From assembly GCA_963712745.1 (NCBI GenBank), contig CAVQJC010000011.1:320001-384000 (forward strand): 64,000 bases of DNA. The letters run 5' to 3'. A model generated the notes under the pieces. That model made no database searches, was not told the origin of the DNA, and saw only the letters and a program-made list of their open reading frames with translations. Of the stretch, positions 1 through 9,343 are shown one piece after another; positions within the stretch are counted from its first letter, which is position 1, and each line of letters begins with the position of its first letter. This DNA comes from an uncultured Chloroflexia bacterium. GTDB lineage: Bacteria; Chloroflexota; Limnocylindria; Limnocylindrales; CSP1-4. A program made the translations under genes and the position numbers.

Positions 1-5
1 TGGAC

Positions 6-1652
6 ATGACCGGTCGGGTCGTTTCGATCCTGTGTGCCGTGATGCTGCTGGCCACCACGCTCACTCCCCCGGCTGCGGGCCAGTCGCCTGAGCCGTCGCC
101 CCAGCCTGAGCCATCGTCTCCGCCCGCGAGTGAGCCGCTCCGGATGCTCGACGGCCGCTACTCGTTCACCGCGACACCGCTGCCCGATGGGTCCGTGCTG
201 GTCATCGGTGGCTCGGATGGATGGAGTGTGCTCGGCTCGGCCGAGACGTTCGATCCGGCCACCCGTCGGTTCAGTGCCGTCGGCGTCCTCGAGCAGCCCC
301 GCTTCGGGCACCAGGCCACCTCGCTCCCGGACGGCCGGGTCCTCGTCACCGGTGGTGCCTTGGAGTACTCGCAAGGCCTGTCTCTTGTCGAGGTCTACGA
401 TCCCGAGACCGCGTCTTTCACTGCGCTCGGTCGGCTCGCCGAGCAGCGTTTCCTGCACACGGCGACCGCGCTCGACGACGGCCAGGTCCTCATCACCGGT
501 GGCTTCGTCGACCTTGAGGACGGACGCCCAACCTCCTCGGCAGAGCTGTTCGACCCGGCAACAGGCACCTCCTCCGTGGTCGGTGAGATGCACGCGGCTC
601 GCGTGGGGCACGCAGCTGTGCGCCTGGACGACGGCCGCGTGGTGGCCATCGGCAGCCTGGCGGGCACTCCCGGAGAGGGCACGATGGAGGTCTACGATCC
701 GGACCTGCAGCGCTTCCTTGCCCCGCGCGAGCTGGCCGCAGCGGTCAGCGGTCCCCAAGCCGTCCGCCTGGACGACGGCCGGGTCCTCGCGGTTTCGGCT
801 CGATCGGTCGTCATCGCCGCAGATGCCGAGACCAGCGAGCCCATCGAGCGTCCGGACACCGGGGGCATGATGACCGCGACCTCGCTCGACGACGGCCGCG
901 TGGTCGTCATCGGCAGCGGGCGCGACGAGGGGCCGGCGCTAGTCGAGGTCTTCGATCCGTCGAACGATACGTTCAGCCCGGCCGACCCGATGCGACTGAC
1001 GCGCCAGGGCCACGTCGCCGTCAAGCTCGACGATGGAAACGTCCTCGTCCTCGGCGGCCTGGGCTGCATGCAGGTGCTCGACACCGCCGAGATCTGGGAT
1101 CCGGACCAGATGTCGGCGGTGGCCGGCGGCTCGGAGTCCGACTGCGACCCGTACGCCGAGTCGACACCGCCTCCGCTCCCGAAGCTGGGCGCCACTACCT
1201 CGGGCGGTCGTATCGAGATGCCCGCTTCGGCCTTCGCCATCACGGTCCCCGATGACTGGACCGTCGAGATCGCCGACCCGGACACCGACGTCTTCACCGC
1301 GGAGCCCGGCTCGGCGTGGGAGGCGCTGCGCGCGACGTCACCCGACCGGACGATGGCCTGCTCGGTCGCGGTCGGTGTAGCCGAAGTCGCGCTGGAAGAA
1401 CAATCAGGGACGGGATCGGGCGGGGTCGGGACCCCGATGTGGGACCCGAACGAGCCGGGCCTCCTGCGGGTGCCGTCCCCGGTCGTCGAGGAGGGCGAGT
1501 CGTCCATCTCGATGTCCATGCCCATGGAGCGGCTGCAGCGTGAGCACGAGGGGCTCGAGCACGATGCCATGTACTCGATCCACTGCGTCGGGGACTCAGA
1601 GAGCGCGATAGAACGCCTCGGTCTTTCGCTGGAGTTCCTGCCCCAGCAGTAG
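6..1652 (+). CDS. Secreted Kelch-repeat (galactose-oxidase-like beta-propeller) protein with a C-terminal domain of unknown function
   Basis: N-terminal signal peptide (hydrophobic stretch, PAAG cleavage), a Pro-rich linker, then repeated R.xH.AT.L.DG.VL..GG....E.(F/Y)DP Kelch motifs. Confidence 0.85.
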   Translation: MTGRVVSILCAVMLLATTLTPPAAGQSPEPSPQPEPSSPPASEPLRMLDGRYSFTATPLPDGSVLVIGGSDGWSVLGSAETFDPATRRFSAVGVLEQPRFGHQATSLPDGRVLVTGGALEYSQGLSLVEVYDPETASFTALGRLAEQRFLHTATALDDGQVLITGGFVDLEDGRPTSSAELFDPATGTSSVVGEMHAARVGHAAVRLDDGRVVAIGSLAGTPGEGTMEVYDPDLQRFLAPRELAAAVSGPQAVRLDDGRVLAVSARSVVIAADAETSEPIERPDTGGMMTATSLDDGRVVVIGSGRDEGPALVEVFDPSNDTFSPADPMRLTRQGHVAVKLDDGNVLVLGGLGCMQVLDTAEIWDPDQMSAVAGGSESDCDPYAESTPPPLPKLGATTSGGRIEMPASAFAITVPDDWTVEIADPDTDVFTAEPGSAWEALRATSPDRTMACSVAVGVAEVALEEQSGTGSGGVGTPMWDPNEPGLLRVPSPVVEEGESSISMSMPMERLQREHEGLEHDAMYSIHCVGDSESAIERLGLSLEFLPQQ

Positions 1653-1761
1653 TGTGAATGGCGGATGCCCGGCGCGGCCGCGGTCCCCTCATGACCGGTG
1701 CGGCTGCGGTCACCTCAAGATCGGTATCCGGTCGCGCGGTCGCAGGGCTGAGGGTCTGCCG

Positions 1762-2535
1762 TCAGCGAGCGGTCCAGCCGCCGTCGACCATCAGCGTGGT
1801 GCCGCTCACCAGTGCCGAGGCCGGCGAGGCCAGGAAGACGACCGCCCCGGCCACGTCCACCGGTTCGCCGATGCGGTGCAGGGCCGCGATGCGCTCCTCC
1901 ACGTCTGCCTTGAAGGCCTCATCGGCCAGTGCCGGTGCCGTGCCCGGCGTGCGGATGAACGTGGGTGCGATGGCGTTGACGTTGATGCCGTAGCGACCCC
2001 ACTCCACGGCATGACACTTGGTCAGGTGCGACACCGCCGCCTTGGAGGCGCAGTAGATGGCCTCACCCGGGAGCGCGATGAAGCCGGCCTGCGAGCTGAG
2101 GTTGACGATGCGTCCGCCGCCCTGCTCGATCATCACTCGGCCGACTGCCTGGCTGACGAAGAAGAGCCCCTTCACGTTGAGGTCGAAGGTGGCATCGAAG
2201 TCAGCCTCGGTCCAATCCTCCGCGGCAGCCTCCGCGGGGCCGATGCCGGCGTTGTTGACGAGGATGTCGATGCGGCCGAAGGTAGACCGCACGCTCTCGA
2301 CCGCGGTCGAGATCTGTCCCAGGTCGAGCAGATCCATCTGCACCCGAACCGCACGCCGTCCCATGGCCTCGATCTCGGCCGCCAGATCCTCCGCATCGGT
2401 GCCCACCCGCAAGCCCAGCGCCACATCGGCCCCGGCATCTGCCAGCGCCAGGGAGATCGCCCGGCCCAGACCGCGCGCGGCGCCGGTCACCAGTGCGGTC
2501 CGGCCGTCGAGTCGGAAGTCGGGATAGTCGGTCAT
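1762..2535 (-). CDS. SDR family NAD(P)-dependent oxidoreductase (KduD/gluconate-5-dehydrogenase-like)
   Basis: TGAARGLG, NNAG, YCASK and C-terminal VDGG motifs. Start moved to ATG 2535 (MTDYPDF), preceded by AGGAGA. Confidence 0.92.
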   Translation of the reverse strand: MTDYPDFRLDGRTALVTGAARGLGRAISLALADAGADVALGLRVGTDAEDLAAEIEAMGRRAVRVQMDLLDLGQISTAVESVRSTFGRIDILVNNAGIGPAEAAAEDWTEADFDATFDLNVKGLFFVSQAVGRVMIEQGGGRIVNLSSQAGFIALPGEAIYCASKAAVSHLTKCHAVEWGRYGINVNAIAPTFIRTPGTAPALADEAFKADVEERIAALHRIGEPVDVAGAVVFLASPASALVSGTTLMVDGGWTAR

Positions 2536-2789
2536 CGGTCTTCTCCTGCGTTGCTCTCGGACGCGGACGAGCGCGACAGCGCCATCTTCGCCAGGCCGAT
2601 CGCACCTGGCGGCGCAGCACATGCCCCCGCGCTCCTCGCCAAGCGGTAACGTTAGGCCTCAGCGGCAAGGTCCGTACGCCGAGCCACGCAGCCCCGTCGG
2701 TCACGGACGTGCGGCCCGTCACCGACGAGCTCATCGCCAGCGTCCGCGACCGCATCGTCGAGACGTACGGATCCGGAGGAGGACGGCTG

Positions 2790-3675
2790 ATGAAGCTGGG
2801 GATCAACCCTGCCACAGGGCTGTGACCGCGAGTACGTGGGCCTCGAGCCTCGCGAGGCGTGGCGGCGAACCGTCGACATCGCGAGGCAGTGCGAGGCAGC
2901 TGGCTTTGATTCGCTCTGGCTGTACGACCACTTCCAGGTCGACCCGCCGGTCATCGAGGCGCCCATCTTCGAGCCTCTGGTGGAGCTGGCGGCGCTGGCG
3001 ACCGTGACGGAGCGGGCTCGTCTTGGCCATCTCGTCCTGGCCGCCGGCTATCGCAACCCCGCGCTCACGGCCAAGGCCATCTCGAGCGTGGATGTCATCA
3101 GCGGCGGACGGGCCGTGCTTGGCATCGGCGCGGGCTGGAAGGAGGACGAGTGGATCGCCTATGGCTACGGCTTCCCCGACCTCAAGACACGCCTGGCCAT
3201 GTTGCGCGACTCCCTTGAGGTCATCAGTCGGATGCTCGGTCCCGGGCGAGCCACGTATGCAGGTGAGCACGCGCACGTCATCGACGCGGTCCACGAGCCG
3301 GTCGGTGCGGACGGCCCCGTGCCCATCCTCATCGGCGGCAATGGCCCCAACGTCACCTGGCGACTCGCGGCGCGCTTCGCCGATGAGCTCAACCTCGACG
3401 GCATGACACCGGCCCAGGTCACCGCCGCGCTGCCCGTCATCCACCAGCGCTGCGAGGAGATCGGACGCCAGCCCGAGAGCCTCAGGGTCTCAGCCCACAT
3501 GTGGGGCCCGGCGGCTGACGTACGACCGGGTCGGGAGCGCACCGACCGCCTCCTCGAGTTCGACGACACCGGCCTGGACATGGTCGTCGTCCAGGGTTTC
3601 GTGGGCACGACCGATCCGGCGGCCCTCGACTCGCTCATCGAGGACTGTCAAGCGACCGGGTTCCTGTCGGCCTGA
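2790..3675 (+). CDS. LLM-class (luciferase-like, probably F420-dependent) oxidoreductase; one extra base near 2807
   Basis: GFDSLWLYDHF, YRNPALTAK, GIGAGW and IGGNG motifs. GGAGGAGG RBS precedes ATG 2790; removing one base gives MKLGINLPQGCDREYVGLEP joined to ORF 2836..3675. Confidence 0.85.
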
Positions 3676-3688
3676 CCCTGTCTACCTG

Positions 3689-3740
3689 GAATCGTCCATG
3701 GGGTCGATAGCGTCGAATCATCCATGGGGTCGATAGCGTC
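3689..3740. repeat. 26-bp tandem duplication GAATC(G/A)TCCATGGGGTCGATAGCGTC x2
   Basis: Read directly: 3689-3714 and 3715-3740, one mismatch, between convergent genes. Confidence 0.85.
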
Positions 3741-3894
3741 GCTGCCGGCGACGCCTGGCTACGAAGGATCGGCACCATCCCGGTCTGAGACGGCGGCGAG
3801 CAAGACGGCCCGAAGCGGCGACCGGCGGCCGAGCTCTGTGCTCGACCGCCGGTCAGAGGAGGAGGACGAAAGGGGAGGGCCGCAGCCCGGCTGG

Positions 3895-5190
3895 CTAGCC
3901 GAGCGGGACCTGGTTTCGGAAGCCGTCGGCGTCCTCGAGGCGACGCTTGACGGCGTTGACGAAGTCGGCGCCTATCGCGCCATCGACGATGCGGTGGTCG
4001 GCGGTGAGTGTGATGCGCATCATCTGGCGGATGGCCATGCCGCCCCCATGGGGGCGGACCTCCGGCGTCACGCTGGACACGGCCAGGATGCCCGACTCAC
4101 CGGGGTTGATGATGGCCGTGAACTGCTCCACGCCGAACATGCCCATGTTGCTGACCGAGAAGGTCGAACCGCTGAGGGCGTCCGGGGCCAGCGCGCCGTC
4201 ACGAGCCGCGGTCACCGTCTCGACGGTCTTGTCGTGCAGGCCCTTGACGCTGAGCATGTCCGCATCGCGAACGACCGGCACGAGCAGGCCCGCGGGCACC
4301 GACACGGCCACGCCCAGGTGGACGTGCTCGTGCTTCCACACGCTCACACCATCGGTCGAGGCATTGAGCATGGGGAACTCGCCCAGCGCCTGGACCACGG
4401 CCACGTGGACGAAGTCGGTGACACTGATCTTGGAGCCGGCCGCCTTGAGCTGCGCCCGATAGACCAGCAGGTCAGTCATGTCGACCGCCACGGTGACCGT
4501 GAAGGTGGGCACCGAGCTGTTCTCGGTGAGCCGGCGCGCGATGGTCTGGCGCATGCGGCTGAGCGTCTCGCCCTCGCTCGCCACGTTCGTCGGTGCCGGC
4601 GGAGCGGCGAGTGGAGCCGCTTGGGCAGGGGAGGCCGCAGCGGGCGCGACCGCGGGTGCGCCCTCGGTGGCGGCACGCACGTCTCGTTCGACGATGCGAC
4701 CGCCGGGGCCAGTGCCGGTGACCGAGCGGGGATCGACGCCGAGCTCGGCCGCCACACGGCTGGCGCGCGGGCTGATCTTGAGCTTGCCAACGGCGGGCGG
4801 AGCTAGCGGGGCAGGGGAGGCAGCCGGCGCACCTGCGAGTACCGGCGCCACGGGAGCGGGCGCCGTCGCGGGGGCCGGCGGGGCTGCCCCTTCCGCCTCA
4901 GCCGCCGCAGGGGCAGCCCCGCCGGCCGGCTCCGCCTCGGGCAGGTCCTCGCCGGGCTGGCCGATCCAGGCCACGATGGACTCCACCGGCACCGTCGCCC
5001 CCTCGGGTGCGTCGATGCGCAGCAGCGTGCCCTCGTCGAAAGCCTCGATCTCCATGTTCGACTTGTCGGTCTCGATCTCGAAGAGCGGGTCGCCCTTGGC
5101 GATGGTGTCACCCTCGGCCTTGTACCACTGGAGCACGGTGCACTCCTCGGTCATCTGGCCGGGCATCGGCATGCGGATGGGGATGGCCAT
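3895..5190 (-). CDS. Dihydrolipoamide acyltransferase (E2) of a 2-oxoacid/acetoin dehydrogenase complex
   Basis: Lipoyl domain (ETDKSNME), Ala/Pro linker, E3-binding domain (ISPRA..GTGPGGRI) and catalytic DHRIVDG. Confidence 0.95.
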   Translation of the reverse strand: MAIPIRMPMPGQMTEECTVLQWYKAEGDTIAKGDPLFEIETDKSNMEIEAFDEGTLLRIDAPEGATVPVESIVAWIGQPGEDLPEAEPAGGAAPAAAEAEGAAPPAPATAPAPVAPVLAGAPAASPAPLAPPAVGKLKISPRASRVAAELGVDPRSVTGTGPGGRIVERDVRAATEGAPAVAPAAASPAQAAPLAAPPAPTNVASEGETLSRMRQTIARRLTENSSVPTFTVTVAVDMTDLLVYRAQLKAAGSKISVTDFVHVAVVQALGEFPMLNASTDGVSVWKHEHVHLGVAVSVPAGLLVPVVRDADMLSVKGLHDKTVETVTAARDGALAPDALSGSTFSVSNMGMFGVEQFTAIINPGESGILAVSSVTPEVRPHGGGMAIRQMMRITLTADHRIVDGAIGADFVNAVKRRLEDADGFRNQVPLG

Positions 5191-7491
5191 CAGATCAGCC
5201 CCTGCACGGCCGAGGCGATGTCGCTGGCGTTGGGCAGGAAGGCCGCCTCGAGCCCCTCGGCCTGCGGGCTGATGCCGTTGGCGGCACCGATGCGCGCGAC
5301 CGGGGCGTCGAGATCGTCGAAGGCCTCAGCCACCACGCGGGCCACGATCTCGTTGACGTAGCTGCCCGAGAGGATGGCCTGGGCCGCGACGACGCAGCGG
5401 CCGGTCTTGGCCACCGAGGCCAGCACCGGCTCCATGTCCAGCGGCACCAGCGTGCGCAGGTCGATGACGTCGCACTCGATGCCCTCGCCGGCCAGCGTAT
5501 CGGCCGCCTTGAGCGCATCGGGCACAGCGGGACCCCAGGCCACGATGGTGGCGTCGCCACCCTCGCGCACCAGCTTGGACTTGCCCAGCGGCACGGTGTA
5601 CTCACCCTCCGGCACCGGGCCGCGCGCCGCGTACAGGCCCTGGCTCTCACAGAAGAGCACCGGGTCGTCGGAGCGGATGGCGGACTTGAGCATGCCCTTG
5701 GCATCCTCGGCCGACGAGGGGTACACGACCACGAGCCCGGGCAGATGGGTGAAGAGCGACTCGAGCGATTGCGAGTGCTGGCCGCCGTAGCCCTTGCCTG
5801 CACCGACCGAGGCGCGGATGACCATGGGCACGGTCGTCTGGCCGCCGCTCATGAAGTGCCACTTGCCGGCCTGGTTGGCGATCTGGTCGCTGGCCATGAG
5901 CGCGAAGTCCATGTACATCAGCTCGACCACCGGACGCAGCCCGGCCATGGCCGCGCCCACGCCGGTGCCGATGATGGCGGCCTCGGAGATGGGGGTGTTG
6001 AAGACGCGGTCTCGGCCGAAGCGCTCCATCAGGCCCTTGCTGGCCTTGAAAGCACCGCCGTAGTCGGCCACGTCCTCGCCGTAGAAGATGACGCGCTCGT
6101 CGCGCTCCATCTCCTCGATCATGGCCTCACGCAGGGCGTCCTTCTGGAGCATGCCCGCCTCGGTGACCTTGGGCACGGGCGCGTCATCGTAGAGCGTGGG
6201 CTTAGCGTACTGCCCGGGCACCGACGTCGGTGGAGGTGCCGGCGTACATGAACTTGAGCACGTCCTCGGGCGCGGGGTCGGTGGCCTCCGAGGCGCGTTT
6301 GGCAGCCTTGGCGTTTCGCTCGGCGGCGGCCTTCCTGACCTTGGCCAGGCCCTCCTCATCGAGGATCTTGGTGTCAACCAGCTGGCGGCCCAGGTTCTCG
6401 ATGGGGTCGACTGCTTTCCAGGCCTCTTCCTCCTCCTTGGTCCGGTATTCGTTGCGCGGGTCGGAGAGGGAGTGGCCGTAGTAGCGGTAGGTGGAGGCTT
6501 CGATGAGCACCGGGCCCTCGCCGTTGCGGCACATCTCCGCCGCCCGCGTGACGGCGTCGCGCACGGCCAGAACGTCCATGCCGTTGACGACCTCAGCGTG
6601 CATGCCATCGTCGGCGAAGCCGGCCCCTCGCTGGGCCAGGGTGCGCACGCCCATGACCTCGTCGTCGGTGCGGTGGGTCATGCCGTAATGGTTGTTCTGG
6701 ATGACGTAGATGACGGGCAGGCCGTAGGTCTTGTCGCCGGCGAGGAAGTTCTTCCACTGGTACTGGCTGGCCCAGTTGAGCAATTCGAGTACCACGCCAT
6801 TGGCGTAGGCGCCGTCACCGGCGAAGCAGACGACGACGTCGTCGGTCTGCAGGTAGCGCTGGGCCATGGCGGCACCAGTAGCGATGGGCACCGAGCCACC
6901 CACGATGGCATTGGCGCCGAGATGGCCGGTCGACCAGTCACCGATGTGCATGCCGCCGCCGCGGCCGGCGCAGTAGCCCTCGTCCTTGCCGAAGAGCTCG
7001 GCGATGACGCGGTAGATGTGCTCCTCGAGCGCATCGGCCAGCAGGCCGGCGCGGTCCTTGGCCTTCGACCAGGGCGCACGCTCCCTGAGCTGCTCGTCGG
7101 TCATCTGGCGGATGGCGCTGAAGCCCTTGGCGATGGCGTCGCCGTGCCCGCGGTGAGACGAGCTGATGCGGTCGGTGATGCCCAGCACCGATGAGGCGCC
7201 GACGGCCGTGCCCTCCTGGCCGATGGACACATGCGTGGGTCCGCGATAGGCGAAGCCCTGCAGCGGCTCGTAGCCGCCCGAGCGCAGCCGGACGATCATC
7301 TCCTCCAGCTCGCGGATGGCGAGCATGTCGTCGAGCAGGTCGACTGCCGACTTGCCGTCGAGGTGATGGCCGCGCAGCTCGTAGGCCAGGTCGCCGCTGT
7401 ACTGGAAGGCCTTGACGGCCGGCGGCTGCACCGCGAACGGTTCGAACTCCGGACGCATGTCCGACTTGTAGAGCGTGCGGGTATCGGTCAT
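5190..7491 (-). CDS. ThDP-dependent dehydrogenase E1, alpha and beta subunits, most likely one fused gene split by a +1 base near 6229 (track ORFs 6202..7491 and 5190..6608)
   Basis: Alpha part has HRGHG, GDGA..NN ThDP motif and YRYYGHS. Beta part has GEDVA, NTPISE and QHSQ. Removing one G joins ...TSTDV to VPGQYAKP...; no obvious separate beta start or RBS. Confidence 0.85.
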
Positions 7492-7500
7492 CGATCCTCC

Positions 7501-8319
7501 TCAGGCGACCAGGACGCGGACGCCGGCGTTTGCGAACGTGCTCAGGGCTTCGTCGTCCAGCTCGGCGTCGGTGATGACGACGTCGACCTGATCGAGTCGG
7601 CCTGCATGGGCGAATGAACGGGTGCCGAGCTTGGTGCCGTCCACCAGGAGCACGACCTCACGCGCTCTGGTGAGCGCTCGCTCCTTGGTGAAGGCCTCGG
7701 CGGGGTCGGTCGTGGTCAGTCCAGCATCGAGCGAGAGGCTGAACGTACCCACGAAGGCGTGGTCGACGTAGAGCTCGTCGAGCACCGGGGTGCTCAACGG
7801 GCCCACCAGCGCCTGGGAGAGGGGTCGCAGCTCACCGCCGATGACGATGAGCCGGGGGCCCTGTCCGGCCAGCTCGACGATGGCTGGCAGGCTGTTGGTG
7901 ACGACGGTGATGTCGGTGCGCGACGCGAGCAGCCTGGCCAGCTCCAGACAGGTCGAGCCGGCGTCGATGTAGACGGTCGCGTCGGGGGCCACCAGCTCCG
8001 CGGCGCGCTCCGCGATGCGCTGCTTCTCGGCGGCGTGCCTGGCAGCCTTGGCCTCGAAACGCGCCTCGATGGGGCGGGTGTCCACGCTGATGGCACCGCC
8101 GTGGACGCGCCGCAGCTCGCCCTCCTCCTCCAACTCGTGGAGGTCACGGCGGATGGTGGCGGTCGACACGCCCAGCTCTGCCTTGAGGTCCTCGACGCGC
8201 ACGGCATGGCGCGACCTGACGATCTGCTTGACGCGCTCACGCCGTTCGGGCGCGAACGCCACGACGTTGCTGGGGGGAGGGGGTGGAGCGCCGTGGCGCT
8301 CATAATCGCTCATGAACAT
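7501..8319 (-). CDS. DeoR/GlpR family transcriptional regulator
   Basis: HTH VSTATIRRDL..L...G...RVHGGA and sensor motifs IDAGST and VVTNS. The start is uncertain (8313-8334). Confidence 0.93.
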   Translation of the reverse strand: MFMSDYERHGAPPPPPSNVVAFAPERRERVKQIVRSRHAVRVEDLKAELGVSTATIRRDLHELEEEGELRRVHGGAISVDTRPIEARFEAKAARHAAEKQRIAERAAELVAPDATVYIDAGSTCLELARLLASRTDITVVTNSLPAIVELAGQGPRLIVIGGELRPLSQALVGPLSTPVLDELYVDHAFVGTFSLSLDAGLTTTDPAEAFTKERALTRAREVVLLVDGTKLGTRSFAHAGRLDQVDVVITDAELDDEALSTFANAGVRVLVA

Positions 8320-8324
8320 CCTAT

Positions 8325-8354
8325 ATTCGAGCACAAACGAGCATGTTCTGTCAA
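8325..8354 (-). promoter_or_regulatory. Putative sigma70 promoter for the deoR-E1-E2 operon
   Basis: Perfect TTGACA (8354-8349), 18-nt spacer ending in TGc, then TCGAAT. It lies in an AT-richer patch with CGAGCA and ATGAGCG direct repeats that could be DeoR operators. Confidence 0.45.
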
Positions 8355-8497
8355 CCTGCCGAGTGACAGGGACCCGAATGCCGCAAACGAGAACGGGCCA
8401 TCGGTTACTTGCCGTGGTCGAGAGCGTAGTCGAGGATTTCCGCGAGACCCCGATGCCACTAGACCACGTGGCAGGATCTCCGGTCTGGGGGGCCGTG

Positions 8498-9343
8498 ATG
8501 TCGGATGCGCCCAGCGGACAACCAGTGATCCCTCGCGCGCGCCCAGCCTCGGGGAGACCGGATGCTGCCGACGGGGCAAGCGCGGGCGACTACCGACGGG
8601 TGGTCCTCGTTCCTCGCCGACCATCACTCCTGCGCGAGTACGAAGCGGCCGAGCAGCGGCAGCGCGATGAGCTCGACGATTTCATCGACGAGCTGTTTGG
8701 CGGCACGACCGATGAGCCGCCTGGTCGCTTCGACGCGATCCTCGTCGTGGTCGGACTCGTCCTTGTCGCATGGGCCGGCATCCTGGGCGGCCCTGCCCTC
8801 GCTGCGTGGGTCGGCATCGCCGGGATCGTGCTGGGTCTGGCGCTCCCGATACGGGCCGCTCTGCGCAAGTACGGTTCCTTGAGGACCGGGGTGAAGCGAG
8901 GGCGCCTCTTCGGCGGCGGGCAGATGCTTGACGCTTCGCATCCGGCCACGGTCGCCCTGATCGACGCCTACGCGCACCTCATCCAGATGTCATGCCTTCA
9001 AGGCACCGGCGAGCCCAAACGAGCGGTGGCGGCCGGCCACATGGCCGTGACGGAGGTTGCCAACTACCTCGATGGCAAGCCCCCCGAGGGCCCGGCCAAG
9101 ACTCGCTTCGTGACCATGCGCACGGAGGCCATCGAGGCTCTCTCGCGACAGATGATGCGGTCGCACGATCGCTGGGCGGCGAAGACGGCTGCCGAGCAGT
9201 CGCTGGGCACCGAGACTGGCCTCGAGCCGGCTGGGGCATCGCAGTTCGAGTCGCTGAACGCACTGGCACGCAGCGGTGCCGTCGCAGAGTTGGAGGCATT
9301 GAACCACCAGCTCCGGCGAGAGACCGCCGATGAACCGCACTGA
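8498..9343 (+). CDS. Hypothetical membrane protein (two adjacent TM helices, helical C-terminus)
   Basis: Long ORF with a hydrophobic hairpin AILVVVGLVLVAWAG...WVGIAGIVLGLAL, overlapping the next gene's start. The start is uncertain (8312-8498). Confidence 0.65.
   Translation: MSDAPSGQPVIPRARPASGRPDAADGASAGDYRRVVLVPRRPSLLREYEAAEQRQRDELDDFIDELFGGTTDEPPGRFDAILVVVGLVLVAWAGILGGPALAAWVGIAGIVLGLALPIRAALRKYGSLRTGVKRGRLFGGGQMLDASHPATVALIDAYAHLIQMSCLQGTGEPKRAVAAGHMAVTEVANYLDGKPPEGPAKTRFVTMRTEAIEALSRQMMRSHDRWAAKTAAEQSLGTETGLEPAGASQFESLNALARSGAVAELEALNHQLRRETADEPH

Noticed and set aside
3689-3740. Functional element in the 26-bp duplication
   Set aside because: Only two copies between convergent genes and no other occurrence noticed; probably a slippage duplication.
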